DNA of 63,953 nt, filler included, from Aduncisulcus paluster (lineage: Eukaryota): the NCBI GenBank assembly GCA_024181965.1. It is 20 parts of 20 records of this genome, joined end to end, with 100 filler letters (N's around TTAATTAATTAA, not from the genome) between each part and the next. Parts side by side here need not be neighbours in the genome. Positions count along the whole stretch, not along the records: positions 26,433 to 28,849 come from BQXS01010210.1; positions 28,950 to 36,565 come from BQXS01010212.1; positions 36,666 to 41,869 come from BQXS01010213.1; 17 more parts are not named here. One strand, given 5' to 3'. The notes under the pieces were generated by a model. The model worked only from the letters and a program-made list of their open reading frames with translations, was not told where the DNA came from and did not search any database. This document shows, piece by piece, positions 26,433 to 38,278 of this stretch (position 1 is its first letter; every line of letters starts with the position of its first letter). Position numbers and translations under genes: made by a program.

Positions 26433-28277
26433 AAGTGATAATTCAACCCCCAACAAATCCATGTGTTCTGAAGCTTGGCCTCTCTTCCACCCTGTTCTTG
26501 ATGTTGTTAAGAGAGAGTTTGTTGGGGATAAGATTGTTGGGGATGAGCACGAATGGGTTTTATTATTCTTCTCCAACTTATGTTGTGATCCATCACATGC
26601 TGTTGAAGTCTATGATAATGTTAAGAATCTTCTTGATGGGTGGTTTATAGTTATAAAGAAGGAAGGACATGAATGGGGAATCAAATACTGGTCCAATCTC
26701 ATTTCCATGTTCTCCACTGTTCCATCTCTTGTTCCTCACATATCTCCCAGATATGATGCCAACATGGAATGGTGCAAGAATAATGGGGGTTGGCGTATAG
26801 AAGATTATTCAAGATATCTCGATAACTGCTATCCTTCTCTGAAATGGTCAAAATTAGTTGAATCTATCAAGAAATCCCCTGACTCAGAATCCACTTCCAA
26901 ACTGTACCATGAACATCGAGATGAGATTCTTTCTGTCTTCCTTGCATTCCAATCAAAGAGTGAGATTAAAGAACACAAGAGAGAGATTGTTCTTTGTGTT
27001 CAGTGTTTACAATGTTTTGTACAACATTTTATTTCTGGAAATAAGATCTATCTCCCTATTCCTGATCTGAAAAATCTCATTGACATTTTCATTGATCATC
27101 TATCAAGATGTGAGGAAGTGTTGGAAGGAGATGTTGATCAAGAGTATTCTAGGATTTGTGTGAATTATACTCACGAAGTTAAAGACAAAAAGGATTCCTT
27201 CCTTCCAAAGATCTCTCCCACTTTCAAACGTATTCTTGAGAGAGGAAGTAAGGAGAAGTTGGGAGGTAAAGTTGCTCTAAGTTTATTATCAGCTCTCTTC
27301 AACATCTCTATGTCTCCCTCTTCTTCCACTCGATCCTCTATTCTCACTCTCATCAAACCATATATCAGAGATTGGTTGAGGATATACAATGATAGTGAGT
27401 GTTATGGGCAATGGATGGCTATTCTATCAAAAATCACCTTCTTAAGTGATAATTCAACCCCCAACAAATCCATGTGTTCTGAAGCTTGGCCTCTCTTCCA
27501 CCCTGTTCTTGATGTTGTTAAGAGAGAGTTTGTTGGGGATAAGATTGTTGGGGATGAGCACGAATGGGTTTTATTATTCTTCTCCAACTTATGTTGTGAT
27601 CCATCACATGCTGTTGAAGTGTATGATAATGTTAAGGATCTTCTTGATGGGTGGTTTATGGTTATAAAGAAGGAAAAACATAAATGGGGAATCAAATACT
27701 GGTCCAATCTCATTTCCATGTTCTCCACTGTTCCATCTCTATGTCTCCCTCTTCTTCCACTCGATCCTCTATTCTCACTCTCATCAAACCATATATCAGA
27801 GATTGGTTGAGGATATACAATGATAGTGAGTGTTATGGGCAATGGATGGCTATTCTATCAAAAATCACCTTCTTAAGTGATAATTCAACCCCCAACAAAT
27901 CCATGTGTTCTGAAGCTTGGCCTCTCTTCCACCCTGTTCTTGATGTTGTTAAGAGAGAGTTTGTTGGGGATAAGATTGTTGGGGATGAGCACGAATGGGT
28001 TTTATTATTCTTCTCCAACTTATGTTGTGATCCATCACATGCTGTTGAAGTGTATGATAATGTTAAGGATCTTCTTGATGGGTGGTTTATGGTTATAAAG
28101 AAGGAAAAACATAAATGGGGAATCAAATACTGGTCCAATCTCATTTCCATGTTCTCCACTGTTCCATCTCTTGTTCCTCACATATCTACCAAATATGATG
28201 TTAATATGGAATGGTGCAAGAATAATGGGGGTTGGAGTATAGATTATACAAGATACTCAAGAAATTGTAGAAAATGA
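26433..28277 (+). CDS. Alpha-helical repeat family member, 5'-partial
   Basis: Repeated CSEAWPLFHPVLDVVKREFVGDKIV..LLFFSNLCCDPSH..WSNLISMFSTVPSL. A single frame runs to TGA 28277 once a 431-bp exact duplication is collapsed. Confidence 0.75.
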
Positions 28278-28983
28278 ACGACTCATTTTGAACAGAAATC
28301 ATTCCTTCAAGGACCGAATCACTGACTCAACAAAAACACTTAATTTTACTGAGATAATGAGTCATTTGCTTAATAAAAAGCCAGAATTTGAAGCTTTTGA
28401 TACAGATTTAATCTTTAAAATTTAATCTTTAAATACATTTATCAAGCTGCCCCTGAAGTTCAGTCTCTCTCAATTTGAGATTTGAAATCTCACGTTGCAG
28501 AGCTCTATTTTTGTTTTTCAAAGTAATACTGTTAGTATGATGGTATTACAATGTTGTTTATTTATTATTGACAGAAACTATTATTATTATTTATTATTTT
28601 GAAGTTATCATCTTATTATATTAAAGGATTAAGAATGTTTTATTTTTTGGTTCCGGTTTGGTTTCAAATCCAAAAACTGGGAATTTATATTTTATTTCAA
28701 AATAGTAAATTTGCTCCAAGCATAAATTCTGTAGAACAGCTAACAATAATATTATTGAACAAATGCCAGCTACAGTTCAAACTACAAGTGGTGCAACGGT
28801 AGACGTACCGTGTTTGCGCAAATACACTTTGGAAGATCTCAATCACATANNNNNNNNNNNNNNNNNNNNNNNNNNNNNNNNNNNNNNNNNNNNTTAATTA
28901 ATTAANNNNNNNNNNNNNNNNNNNNNNNNNNNNNNNNNNNNNNNNNNNNGTTTGTTATCGTTTTTACATGTATTTCTCATGTT

Positions 28984-30466
28984 CTATTTATAGATTATAT
29001 TGCTCCGATTTACTTTAATAAATTGTACCAAGTTAACAAATACAGACCAAGAAGCATTGAATTCAGTGTTGAGAGCAACTGCTCCAGCCATCATTTCCCA
29101 TGTGGGCTGGGATACCATTGATATATTCAGAGAAATGGGATCCTCTTCATCAAATTCATCAAGAATAGATTGAGGCACATCAAATATCTCAGCTAGAGTG
29201 CCAAGATTCACGTCAAAGGGGAAAACATCGCCAACATCCTCAGGGTTGATCGTAATATCAGTAAAAAGTCCTCTAGCAAACCCTACATAGAACATAGAGA
29301 CGACAGTGTCAGGATGGAATATTCTCTGGAAATTATCATTAGTAACAACAATGGCCATGTCATCTTGGAGTGGGTCGTGGGCAGGAACATAAAATGGGAT
29401 GTCTGTTCCGTAGTAAATACTGGCTGAAGGGTCAGAGATGTAATTGTTGTCGATATCACCATCTACAGGCTGTCTAATGTCGATAGCCGTCGTAGTGTCA
29501 ATGCCAACGCATGGATCAGCAACCATGAATGAGTTAAGAATGTTGTTGATTGCACTGGCAAAGAGAGTGTTCATAGCAGTCTCAATGGAGTATTGGATCA
29601 GAGGAGTGGCAATTTGAATGATAGTATTGAGGATACTCGAGGATCCATGGAGATCTATCGAGAAATTACCAAGGGAAAACTTGGTGCTATCAACAGTTAG
29701 GAAAGGGGCATAGTCTTTTTCAGACATATGGGCATTTCCAAGGAAACTGGCTCCAGAGGCTGTAATAATAAGTTCTCCACTATCAGTTGAGTAGGGGAAA
29801 GTGGTTAGTTTATATGAAAAGTCTAAACTAATCTGGAAAAACACGTCGGACATGGCCATTTCAACACCAACGTCTTGAAGGAAATATGTAGTAAAATTAG
29901 ATAAATCCAAGGCCTCAATGCGAATATTATCAAAGTTTAAGGTAACAACACCGATTGGAGTGTCAATATTGTCAAGAGAAAATGAAGGAATCGAAGAACT
30001 TAATATTAGAGTTGTGACTTGATCAATCACACTCATGGCCAAATAATTATAACCATCAAGAGTAATAGTTTGCCGGGTTGTTATGTATATAGGATCAGTG
30101 TCATCATTTGTCCGTGATGTAAGGGGCAATTCTTTAGAGAGAACCGAACCTGGATAAACCAAGAAAATAGAAACAAAAATGAATGTGAAGTAGAAAACGC
30201 AAGNNNNNNNNNNNNNNNNNNNNAAGAGAAAATGAAGGAATCGAAGAACTTAATATTAGAGTTGTGACTTGATCAATCACACTCATGGCCAAATAATTAT
30301 AACCATCAAGAGTAATAGTTTGCCGGGTTGTTATGTATATAGGATCAGTGTCATCATTTGTCCGTGATGTAAGGGGCAATTCTTTAGAGAGAACCGAACC
30401 TGGATAAACCAAGAAAATAGAAACAAAAATGAATGTGAAGTAGAAAACGCAAGAGAAATCTCTCAT
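28984..30466 (-). CDS. LBP/BPI/CETP (TULIP) family lipid-binding protein with signal peptide
   Basis: Hydrophobic N-terminus MRDFSCVFYFTFIFVSIFLVYPGSVLS and a BPI-like pattern (ITLDGYNYL..IPSFS..FDNIRI..DSGEL..FSIDLHGSSSILN..AINNIL). Joined across N-gap 30204-30223. The 3' end is uncertain (possible intron near the contig end). Confidence 0.7.
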
Positions 30467-30954
30467 TTGATTTGAGTCAAACACACCCAATAGCTGTCAA
30501 ACTGTGGTTGCAAGTTGTAAAAAAATAAATGAGTGTTAAAATATGATTCTTTATTAAAATTTTTACTCGTACAGGTGGACGGATTGATAATATGAAAATA
30601 AAATTTGATAGAGAAAGAGTTTACCCACAATCAAAAAAATCATCATTTGCCCACCGCCCCAAATCCACTAATATCGCACAAAAATTTCTTTTCCTTTGAT
30701 AAATCACTGCTATATCATCCAAATATTTTTTTCCTCATGGTAATGACCTAAAATATTGTCTTGAACACCACTTTTGTTTTAAAAGTCGCTATTTTTCATT
30801 ATGATTTGGTTGAAAGGCCATAATTCTGTCAGTTGTAATTTTTGAATCATTAATTTATTTTTTATTTCCGCAGTAAGTAATTAACTATCTCCATTTTTCA
30901 AGAGATCGATTTTTTGACAAACGCTTATTTGCCTACAAAAGAGAATATTACCAA

Positions 30955-31947
30955 ATGCCCATTCGTGTCTTAACATCTGAACAAGTTTTTTCTGTCTTCC
31001 CCATGTCTGAATCTGTTGAGTTTACCGAGAAAGCCTTTATGGCCTACTCTAGTGGTCTCTCCAAGGTTCCCTTGAGGGCTAACATCCACCACAAGTCCGG
31101 TGATACTCTTTTTATGCCTGGATGTGCCACTACCGAAGAAGGTGATCTTGTTGGAATCAAGATTGTTGGTGTGCGTCCTGGCAACCGTTCCAAACGTCTC
31201 CCAACTGTTCCCGCCACTTTCCTTGATGTTGACGAGGAAACTGGTCTCTTGAAATCTATTGTTGAAGGTACATCATTGACATACCTTCGTACTGGTGCCT
31301 CTAATGGTGTTGCTGCTAAGTATTTCGCCAGAGAAGATTCCAAGGTCCTTCTTGTGTGTGGATGTGGTTTCCAAGGACGTGCCGGAACTGAAGCTATCCT
31401 TTGTGTCCGCCCTGGCATCGAAAAGGTCTTTATGTTCGATCTTTACAAGCCCTGTGTCGAGTCCTTCGGTAAATGGCTCCACGAGAAGTATCCTCATATT
31501 GTCAGTGAGGTTGTTGAGACTCCTAACGAAGCTGTCCCCTCTTCCGATATTATCTTGACCGCCACCACTTCCAAGACCCCCCTCTTTGATGGTTCTCTTG
31601 TTAAGCCTGGAACTCACATTTCTGGTGTTGGCGCTTATACCCCCGAGATGCAAGAGATTCCTTCCGATGTCATTGCCAAGGCTACTTGTATTGCCGATAC
31701 TCTCGATGGATGTTTGTCCGAGGCTGGTGATTTCTTCATTCCCCACTCAGAGGGACTGATTGATAAGGAGAAACACGTCAAGTACGAGATCGGTATGGTC
31801 GCTCTTGGCAAGGCTCCTGGTCGTAAGAGTAGCGAAGAAATCACTTTCTTCAAGACTGTCGGGTCTGCCGTTCAGGATGTTGTTGTAGGTCATCAAATCG
31901 GTAAAAAGGCCGCCGAAGAAGGAGTTGGAACTGAAATTGAAATGTAA
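30955..31947 (+). CDS. Ornithine cyclodeaminase / mu-crystallin family protein
   Basis: 330 aa with LFMPG, GIKIV, LTYLRTGA, Rossmann GCGFQG, ILTATTS, GTHISGVGAYTPEMQE and ITFFKTVGSAVQD. Strongly biased codon usage. Confidence 0.93.
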   Translation: MPIRVLTSEQVFSVFPMSESVEFTEKAFMAYSSGLSKVPLRANIHHKSGDTLFMPGCATTEEGDLVGIKIVGVRPGNRSKRLPTVPATFLDVDEETGLLKSIVEGTSLTYLRTGASNGVAAKYFAREDSKVLLVCGCGFQGRAGTEAILCVRPGIEKVFMFDLYKPCVESFGKWLHEKYPHIVSEVVETPNEAVPSSDIILTATTSKTPLFDGSLVKPGTHISGVGAYTPEMQEIPSDVIAKATCIADTLDGCLSEAGDFFIPHSEGLIDKEKHVKYEIGMVALGKAPGRKSSEEITFFKTVGSAVQDVVVGHQIGKKAAEEGVGTEIEM

Positions 31948-32595
31948 TTGATGTTTTTCTTATGATTATGATATTATCGTAATGATTTCGCTTTCTATCA
32001 ATCTATATTGTTATGATATTGATTTTCGTCCTATATTTTATGTCTTCTTTTCTTCTTATCGTATGTATATTAGTGATATAATATTCGATATTGTTATCCA
32101 ATGGTGCGCCTAAAACAATCAACGATCGATATTTCTTTTGCCTTATGTATTGCTTATGGTGTCATGAGTGTACTAGTTTATGAAACCAGCTAAATAGTAA
32201 TAGATTTAATAGGGTTTTGATATATCATGTTATTTTAAATAGCTTGAGTTTTCATAATCTCTGTTATCTTTGCTTTAGCAACTTGCGTTACTTGAAATAA
32301 AACTTCTCAAACAGTAAATGGAAGTTTTGTGACGATTTTCATTATCCTATTCATTGACTTGTTTTTTAATTCACTACTTATGATCGAATCCATGGAATAA
32401 CTCGTTGAGTATAGCTTACTCAAGTTGGAAATTGGAAATAAAAATATAATTCCAATAATAATTTTATTTCGTTGAGCTTTTGATGTATGGACCGCTCTCA
32501 AGTCCTGCCTTTTCAATCAATCACATTTTGAGCTGATATTTGCTTGAAATCTTTGATTATATTTTAAAAAAAATAATTTTTATTGGAATATTATT

Positions 32596-33486
32596 ATGTC
32601 TGACTCTGAAAACCGCTGTTTGTTCGTGAAAAAACTCTCTCGTGGATTATCACTTGAAAAGCTCCAAGAGGCCTTCAAAGAAGCCGGATATCCAATTGAA
32701 AAGATTGAAATTAAGCCTTCTAAATTCTTTAGAAATGCCATTTTGACATTTGAAACCCATGAACTTGCTGAAAAGGCTTTAGCCTCCATGAATTATGCTA
32801 CAATCAGAGAAAGTGATGGACGTGAGGAAGAAATGAATCTTACATGGTTCCGTGAACAAGGATTAAGACTTACTTTTGGTCGTTCGATCCTTATATCAAA
32901 TCTACCCAGAGAAGCCAAAGCCTCGGATATCTCTGAAGTTTTTGCTGAAGCTGGCTCAATTGAATCTTGTGAAGTTGTTACCAGCAAGAGAGCACAAAAA
33001 GATGGTTCTAAAAGACCTATATATGAAAACCGCGGCATCATTCGGTTTTCATCTGAAAAGGAGGCTGAACATGCTATTGAACAATTTGACGGATGTAGAA
33101 TTAATGAACAAGATATCACCGTTCAATTATTTGTCCCAAGAAAACTCAGGATTCGTGAGGTTTTCTTCAATTTCATACCAGTTAGCTGGACAAAGGAGCA
33201 GGTTCACGAACTTGCTTCTCAAGCCGGCGAAGTTGAAAAATTATCTGTGAAAAAATCGTTTAGCCAGCGTTTCCAAAATGCTCAGGTGACATACAAGACC
33301 GTTGTTGGAGGTGCCAGAGCCATTGTTAAACTTAACAAGAAAGATGTCGGGGAACACAAGAAAATCATTGTCGAAGAATACCAGGAGAAAACATACTCGC
33401 CCGAGCAGTTCATTGATATTGATGAATCGATGTACAAGACACTCAAAGAATGGTGTTCCTTGGCAATGAAGACTGGCAGTAAATGA
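32596..33486 (+). CDS. RNA-binding protein with three RRM domains
   Basis: RNP2-like LFVKKL, ILISNL and VFFNFI; RNP1-like NAILTF, RGIIRF and NAQVTY. Confidence 0.85.
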   Translation: MSDSENRCLFVKKLSRGLSLEKLQEAFKEAGYPIEKIEIKPSKFFRNAILTFETHELAEKALASMNYATIRESDGREEEMNLTWFREQGLRLTFGRSILISNLPREAKASDISEVFAEAGSIESCEVVTSKRAQKDGSKRPIYENRGIIRFSSEKEAEHAIEQFDGCRINEQDITVQLFVPRKLRIREVFFNFIPVSWTKEQVHELASQAGEVEKLSVKKSFSQRFQNAQVTYKTVVGGARAIVKLNKKDVGEHKKIIVEEYQEKTYSPEQFIDIDESMYKTLKEWCSLAMKTGSK

Positions 33487-33680
33487 TGAATAAATCCCGG
33501 TTGTAGATAAAAAATATAAAATTATTGTAAATTGTGCCAAATCTAAGAATTTTGAAATTTACATTAATTGTTGATAAGTTAAGATGAGCCCCATTCCGAA
33601 TGGAATTGGGCCACTGGCCCAATTTGGCAACTTGGCCCTTGAATTGAATTCAAAATTGAAAAAGGTCATTTTTCTGCGAT

Positions 33681-34794
33681 ATGGACAAGGTAGAATTATT
33701 TGCGAAGGCTAAAAGTGAATTGTTTACATGTTCTGAAAAAGGAGGTATGATTTTATATTTCAATTAACTCCAATTTTATGATTTTAGACAGAGTGTATTC
33801 ATTTTCCAATTATTTGTTCCACCTTTGCATTATTTATATTATTTGTTAATCAGTGGTACCAACTTCAACAGATGAATGGGATTCAGTTATTATTATGAGC
33901 ACCTATATTGACAGTGCCGATATTCCTTCAATCATTAGTTCCCCTTCAATTGTTCCGTTAGAGACAGGTTGTACTCTTGAAACAGTTGTACGAAATGCCG
34001 GTACAGAATGGGAAAATGTATATAAAGATATTCCATTAACTTTTGTCACCGAGCATGATCCTTCAAAGAATTTTATGACGGCCACCCGTATATCCCTTTA
34101 TTTTGAGGAACCAATCCATTCAAAAGCGATAAATATATCATTTTCTACTCCCATGCAATCGGTTGTTTCAAGTACTTCCTCTTCTATGAAAGATATTTCG
34201 AAACCTGCATTCATTCCTTCTCGATTAATGGTTGTTGGTCGTGGACAAAAAGAAGTTAAGATATCCTATGTCACAGTTGATTGTAGAGGTGGTTTTCAAC
34301 GGATATATGTGGAGATTCCTGCTCTTAGAGAGGTTGAAATTGCATTATTGTTCGATTCAAAGGAGGAAGCAGAATTCAATCTTTCCGAATATGACAACAC
34401 TTTTCTCTTTCACCACATTTCAATCGATCGCATGACAGCACAAGAGCTCGAAAACCGTCGGATTGAGGAGAGGCTTAAGCATTTGACAGAGGTAGAAAGT
34501 CAGAGCAAGGTTGAAAAGGAACGATTTATTTCGATCGACGAAGCCCTTGCATTCGAAGGATCCGATTATGAACGAATCGAGTTCCTTGAGGAAGTCCTTT
34601 TCAAATATGACAAGAAATTGAAATGTTGTCAACAAAAAGTGGAAGGTTTGAAAGAACAAATCAAAGATTTGAACCAAAGATTTGAACAGAAGCAAAAGAT
34701 GCAATTCAAAAGGGAATGTGATGATCAAGAAGAGCAAGATGCGCTAGAATTTGAAAAAGGGAAGTTACGGAAGAAGAGAGCAACATCAAAGTAA
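33681..34794 (+). CDS. Hypothetical protein (beta-rich domain + C-terminal coiled coil), one intron 33745-33853
   Basis: ATG 33681 (MDKVELFAK..EKG). A 109-nt GTATGA...ttaatcAG intron restores the frame into ORF 33853-34794. Confidence 0.7.
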
Positions 34795-34946
34795 AATAAT
34801 GTGTGTAAAATTAATGTGTGAAATCAATATCAGAGAATGAGACGAATATGGATTCCAACGATTGATAGTATGTCATGCTATCAAGACTTATACCCATAAG
34901 TAATAAATGGAAACTAACATGGGAAAGGTAAATAATACAAAAATAA

Positions 34947-36565
34947 TTACATTTTTCTTGAATTCTTGATATATTTTGAATAATCTTTGCGATTACCTCC
35001 ATTTCTCCGACACCACTTCATGTGAGCATCATATTTGGGAGTTAAATGAGGAATAATGGACACAACAGTGTAGAAAATGGAAATAAGACCTGGTCAATAT
35101 CGTATTCCCCGTTTATGTTTTTCCCTCTTTATAACAATAAACCACCCTTCGAGAAACTCCCTAACATTATCAAAGATTTCAACAACATTTAATGGACCAC
35201 AACATAAGTTGGAGAAAAACCATAAAACATATTCACAATCATCTTGGACAATCTTATCCCCAACAAACTCTCTCTTAACAACATCAAGAACAGGGTGGAA
35301 AAGAGGCCAAGCTTCAGAACAGAGGGATTTGTCGGGTGTTTCATCATCACTTGAGAGGGTATTTTTTGATAGAATATTCATCCACTCTCCATAACACTCA
35401 CTATCGTTGTATATCCTTAGCCAATCTTTGATATATGGTTTGATTAGGGTGAGAATAGAAGATCGAGTGGAAAAAGAAGGAGAATTAGAGATATTCCTTG
35501 AGAGTCTGTAATAAATATCGAGCAGTATAACCACCCAATCTCTTATTACTCCCTTTCTTAAGGATACATTGGAAAGTCGGGAAAATTTTTTGAAGAATAG
35601 AATCACATTTATCATTAACTTTTGGAAGATGAGGGAGAGAAGGACATTTATATTTAAATTTATATGTAGAGTAGCAAAAAATTCTACAAAAATATTGATC
35701 AACATCTTCTCCTAACACCTCCTCAATTCTTAATAGGTGTTCAATGAAAGTATCAATGAGATCATTCAGATCAGGAATGAGGAGAAAGATAGGATGCCCG
35801 TGACATCGATACTGATGTTGAGCAAATCCTGCTAAGCATAAAAAACAAAGCATAATCTCTTTCTTGCGTTTTTCAATTTCCCTCTTTGAATCATTAGATA
35901 ATAATAACACGGAAAGAATATCATATCGATATTTTTGGAAGAGATTTGAAGTAGATTTTGAATCACAGCATTTCATTTGTATCTTTATATTTAATTTATC
36001 CCATTTTTTTAGATGAGGAAAACAATTGCTGAGATATTTTGAATAATTAGAGCACCAACTATTTATATGGCACCATTTCATTTTATCATCAAACTTGGGT
36101 GATAATTGATGGGATATAGTGGAAAGATCGGATAGAATTGATACAAGTCTAGACCAATATATGATACCCATTGAATCATCTTCCTCTTTTCTCTCCTTTA
36201 TCAACTCAAACCAACTATCAAGAAGATCATCTTTGATGCATTCATGAATTTCAATAGCTTGGGAAGGAATGCAACTCAAGTTAGCAAAGAATAATAAACA
36301 ACAAACAATAGCTTCATCATCAAATGTTACACCCTTGGAATCTGTATCTTTAATCACATCCAAGACAGGATGGAAGACAAACCAGAGTTGTGAGGAACGA
36401 CCTTCATGAGGGCGTTTGCTACCTTCATCAAGAGTGATATTCTTCAAAATGTTTGTCCAATGCAAAAAGAACTTCTTGTCGGGATACTTCCTCATCCAAG
36501 GTAAGATATGAGGAAGAAGAATGAATAAAAGGGAGTCTTTGGTGGAGTTACGATGAGAATAGGAA
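34947..36565 (-). pseudogene. Alpha-helical repeat family member with frameshift and nonsense codon
   Basis: Family motifs throughout. Frameshift near 35490. A TGA at 35094 replaces a conserved Trp, and homology continues (PKYDAHMKWCRRNGG) to TAA 34947. Confidence 0.78.
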
Positions 36566-36665
36566 NNNNNNNNNNNNNNNNNNNNNNNNNNNNNNNNNNN
36601 NNNNNNNNNTTAATTAATTAANNNNNNNNNNNNNNNNNNNNNNNNNNNNNNNNNNNNNNNNNNNN

Positions 36666-36957
36666 GATCTCCTCTGATGGCTTTACCTGTGCCCCCAACC
36701 TCCGTGGAGGAAGGGATGAGCACAGCACCACCAGATGGGTTAGCTTGCCGAAGGGTTCTGACCCCGGATACTGAGCTATTTTCAACGAGATGACTCATTG
36801 TCAAATCCAGGGGAGTCTTTGACTTCCTTTTATCAGTTAACATGATAAACTTTTGTTTATCTCCGGAATCCCTTTGGGATTCGCTCGTGCCTAGAGGTTT
36901 TCCTCTTTCGGCCATCAAATCAAAAGTAAGACTATTATCACGTACAGTAAAATGCAT
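36666..36957 (-). CDS. Hypothetical protein, 3'-partial
   Basis: Open frame to the contig end with relatively balanced GC; no recognisable domain. Confidence 0.35.
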
Positions 36958-37165
36958 TTTGTGGTAGTACTAAACAAATAAACCTAAAAATCTTTTATAC
37001 GGATCGTAACGGTTCCACAATTTATTAAATATCTGATCGGGCGGTAATCAACCGGTACCGCCTGTGCCCAGCCGCCGCCAACAAAATCCAATATTTAGCC
37101 ATGATTTGATTGATTGAAAAAAATACTTTTATTGTAAAATTTATTAATAATCGTCTATATTAATC

Positions 37166-38110
37166 ATGGCCGCTCGTCTACCTGACATTAAAGATGCATT
37201 GAAGAAAGCTGGAGAACATTATGGGAAAATGGTAGTTCAAGAGATTTCCACCCCAATTAAGGAGCTTACACAGATCATCGACGAAAAATTTGAAGATGAA
37301 ACCAAACATTTTGAAGCTATTCATCTCAATCTTGATTTTCTCACAAAGCAAGTTGCTTGGTTCCAAGATGATGTCTTTCAACTTCCTTTCACCACCGTTG
37401 ATCGAATGAAATCAATGATTAGACAATGGGATGAGCAATTATTACTTATTCGAAGATGTGCTGCTATTCGGTCATTTGCTATTTTGCTGCGGGCAATGGC
37501 TGACGAAAGAGGTCACCAGAGGGGTAGGGGAGAAGAAGATGACGATGAAGAGCACGGAGAAGAAGATGATGTTGAAGAAGGTGATGATCAAGAAGAAGAA
37601 GAAGAAGAGGGGGACGATTCTCAACCTAGACGGAGGTCAGATATTATTCAGTATGAAATTATCCATAATTCCAAGGTTGGTGTAAAATATACGTCATCCC
37701 CAAAAGAATTAAGAAAACTTTCAAAAGAAATCGGGATTAATGTTGCAAATGATCTGAATACCTTTAAGAAATGCTCTTTGAAGACATTTCAGAGATATGC
37801 CCTTAGTGTAAAGCCACTCCTTCAGAGTAGAGGTAGTTATGACTCGATTATTGATAATTTTATTTCATATCTTAAACAACAAGAAGACACTCTGGGAAAA
37901 CGTCGCACGTGGTCCGGATTCTTTCGTGATGATTGGTACGCATCCATATTTCAACAAGTTCGTATTACTCCTCCGTCCACTCCAACAGCTGAATTAACTT
38001 TACAAAGTATTGTATCAAGTCGTTCAAGGGACACTCAAGATAGTTCCTCCATTCCAACAACCTCTATTCCTGATGGACGTGGTCTTAGTTGGAATGACAT
38101 TGAGCTCTAA
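37166..38110 (+). CDS. Hypothetical helical protein with central acidic tract
   Basis: 314-aa ORF following an AT-rich leader, with a D/E-rich stretch; convergent with the transposase. Confidence 0.65.
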   Translation: MAARLPDIKDALKKAGEHYGKMVVQEISTPIKELTQIIDEKFEDETKHFEAIHLNLDFLTKQVAWFQDDVFQLPFTTVDRMKSMIRQWDEQLLLIRRCAAIRSFAILLRAMADERGHQRGRGEEDDDEEHGEEDDVEEGDDQEEEEEEGDDSQPRRRSDIIQYEIIHNSKVGVKYTSSPKELRKLSKEIGINVANDLNTFKKCSLKTFQRYALSVKPLLQSRGSYDSIIDNFISYLKQQEDTLGKRRTWSGFFRDDWYASIFQQVRITPPSTPTAELTLQSIVSSRSRDTQDSSSIPTTSIPDGRGLSWNDIEL

Positions 38111-38126
38111 GATATTTTCAGTAATG

Positions 38127-38258
38127 TGGTCCAATCTTATTTCCATGCCATCCTCGACCCCTTCTCTCGTTCTTTACTTTTTAACAATTCTCCAAAATGT
38201 GATCCTCCCATGTTCATGAAATCTATGAGAACATTAATGATCTTCTCGATGGATGATT
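38127..38258 (+). pseudogene. Short remnants of the alpha-helical repeat family
   Basis: TGGTCCAATCTTATTTCCATG (WSNLISM) and TGTGATCC..ATCTATGAGAACATTAATGATCTTCTCGATGGA (CDP..IYENINDLLDG) match the family at 26580-26730. Confidence 0.7.
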
Positions 38259-38278
38259 ACAATTTATTGTGTGAATAC

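Noticed and set aside
27307..28168. 431-bp exact tandem duplication (similarly 437 bp at ~45620-46495)
   Set aside because: The copies are exact, of library-insert scale and break otherwise intact frames, so they are most likely gap-closing artefacts; reads are needed to exclude real duplication.
35094..35096. TGA at conserved Trp positions (also ~38254) as TGA=Trp recoding
   Set aside because: Both occur in copies that are also frameshifted or fragmentary. Trp is TGG elsewhere and TGA terminates other genes.
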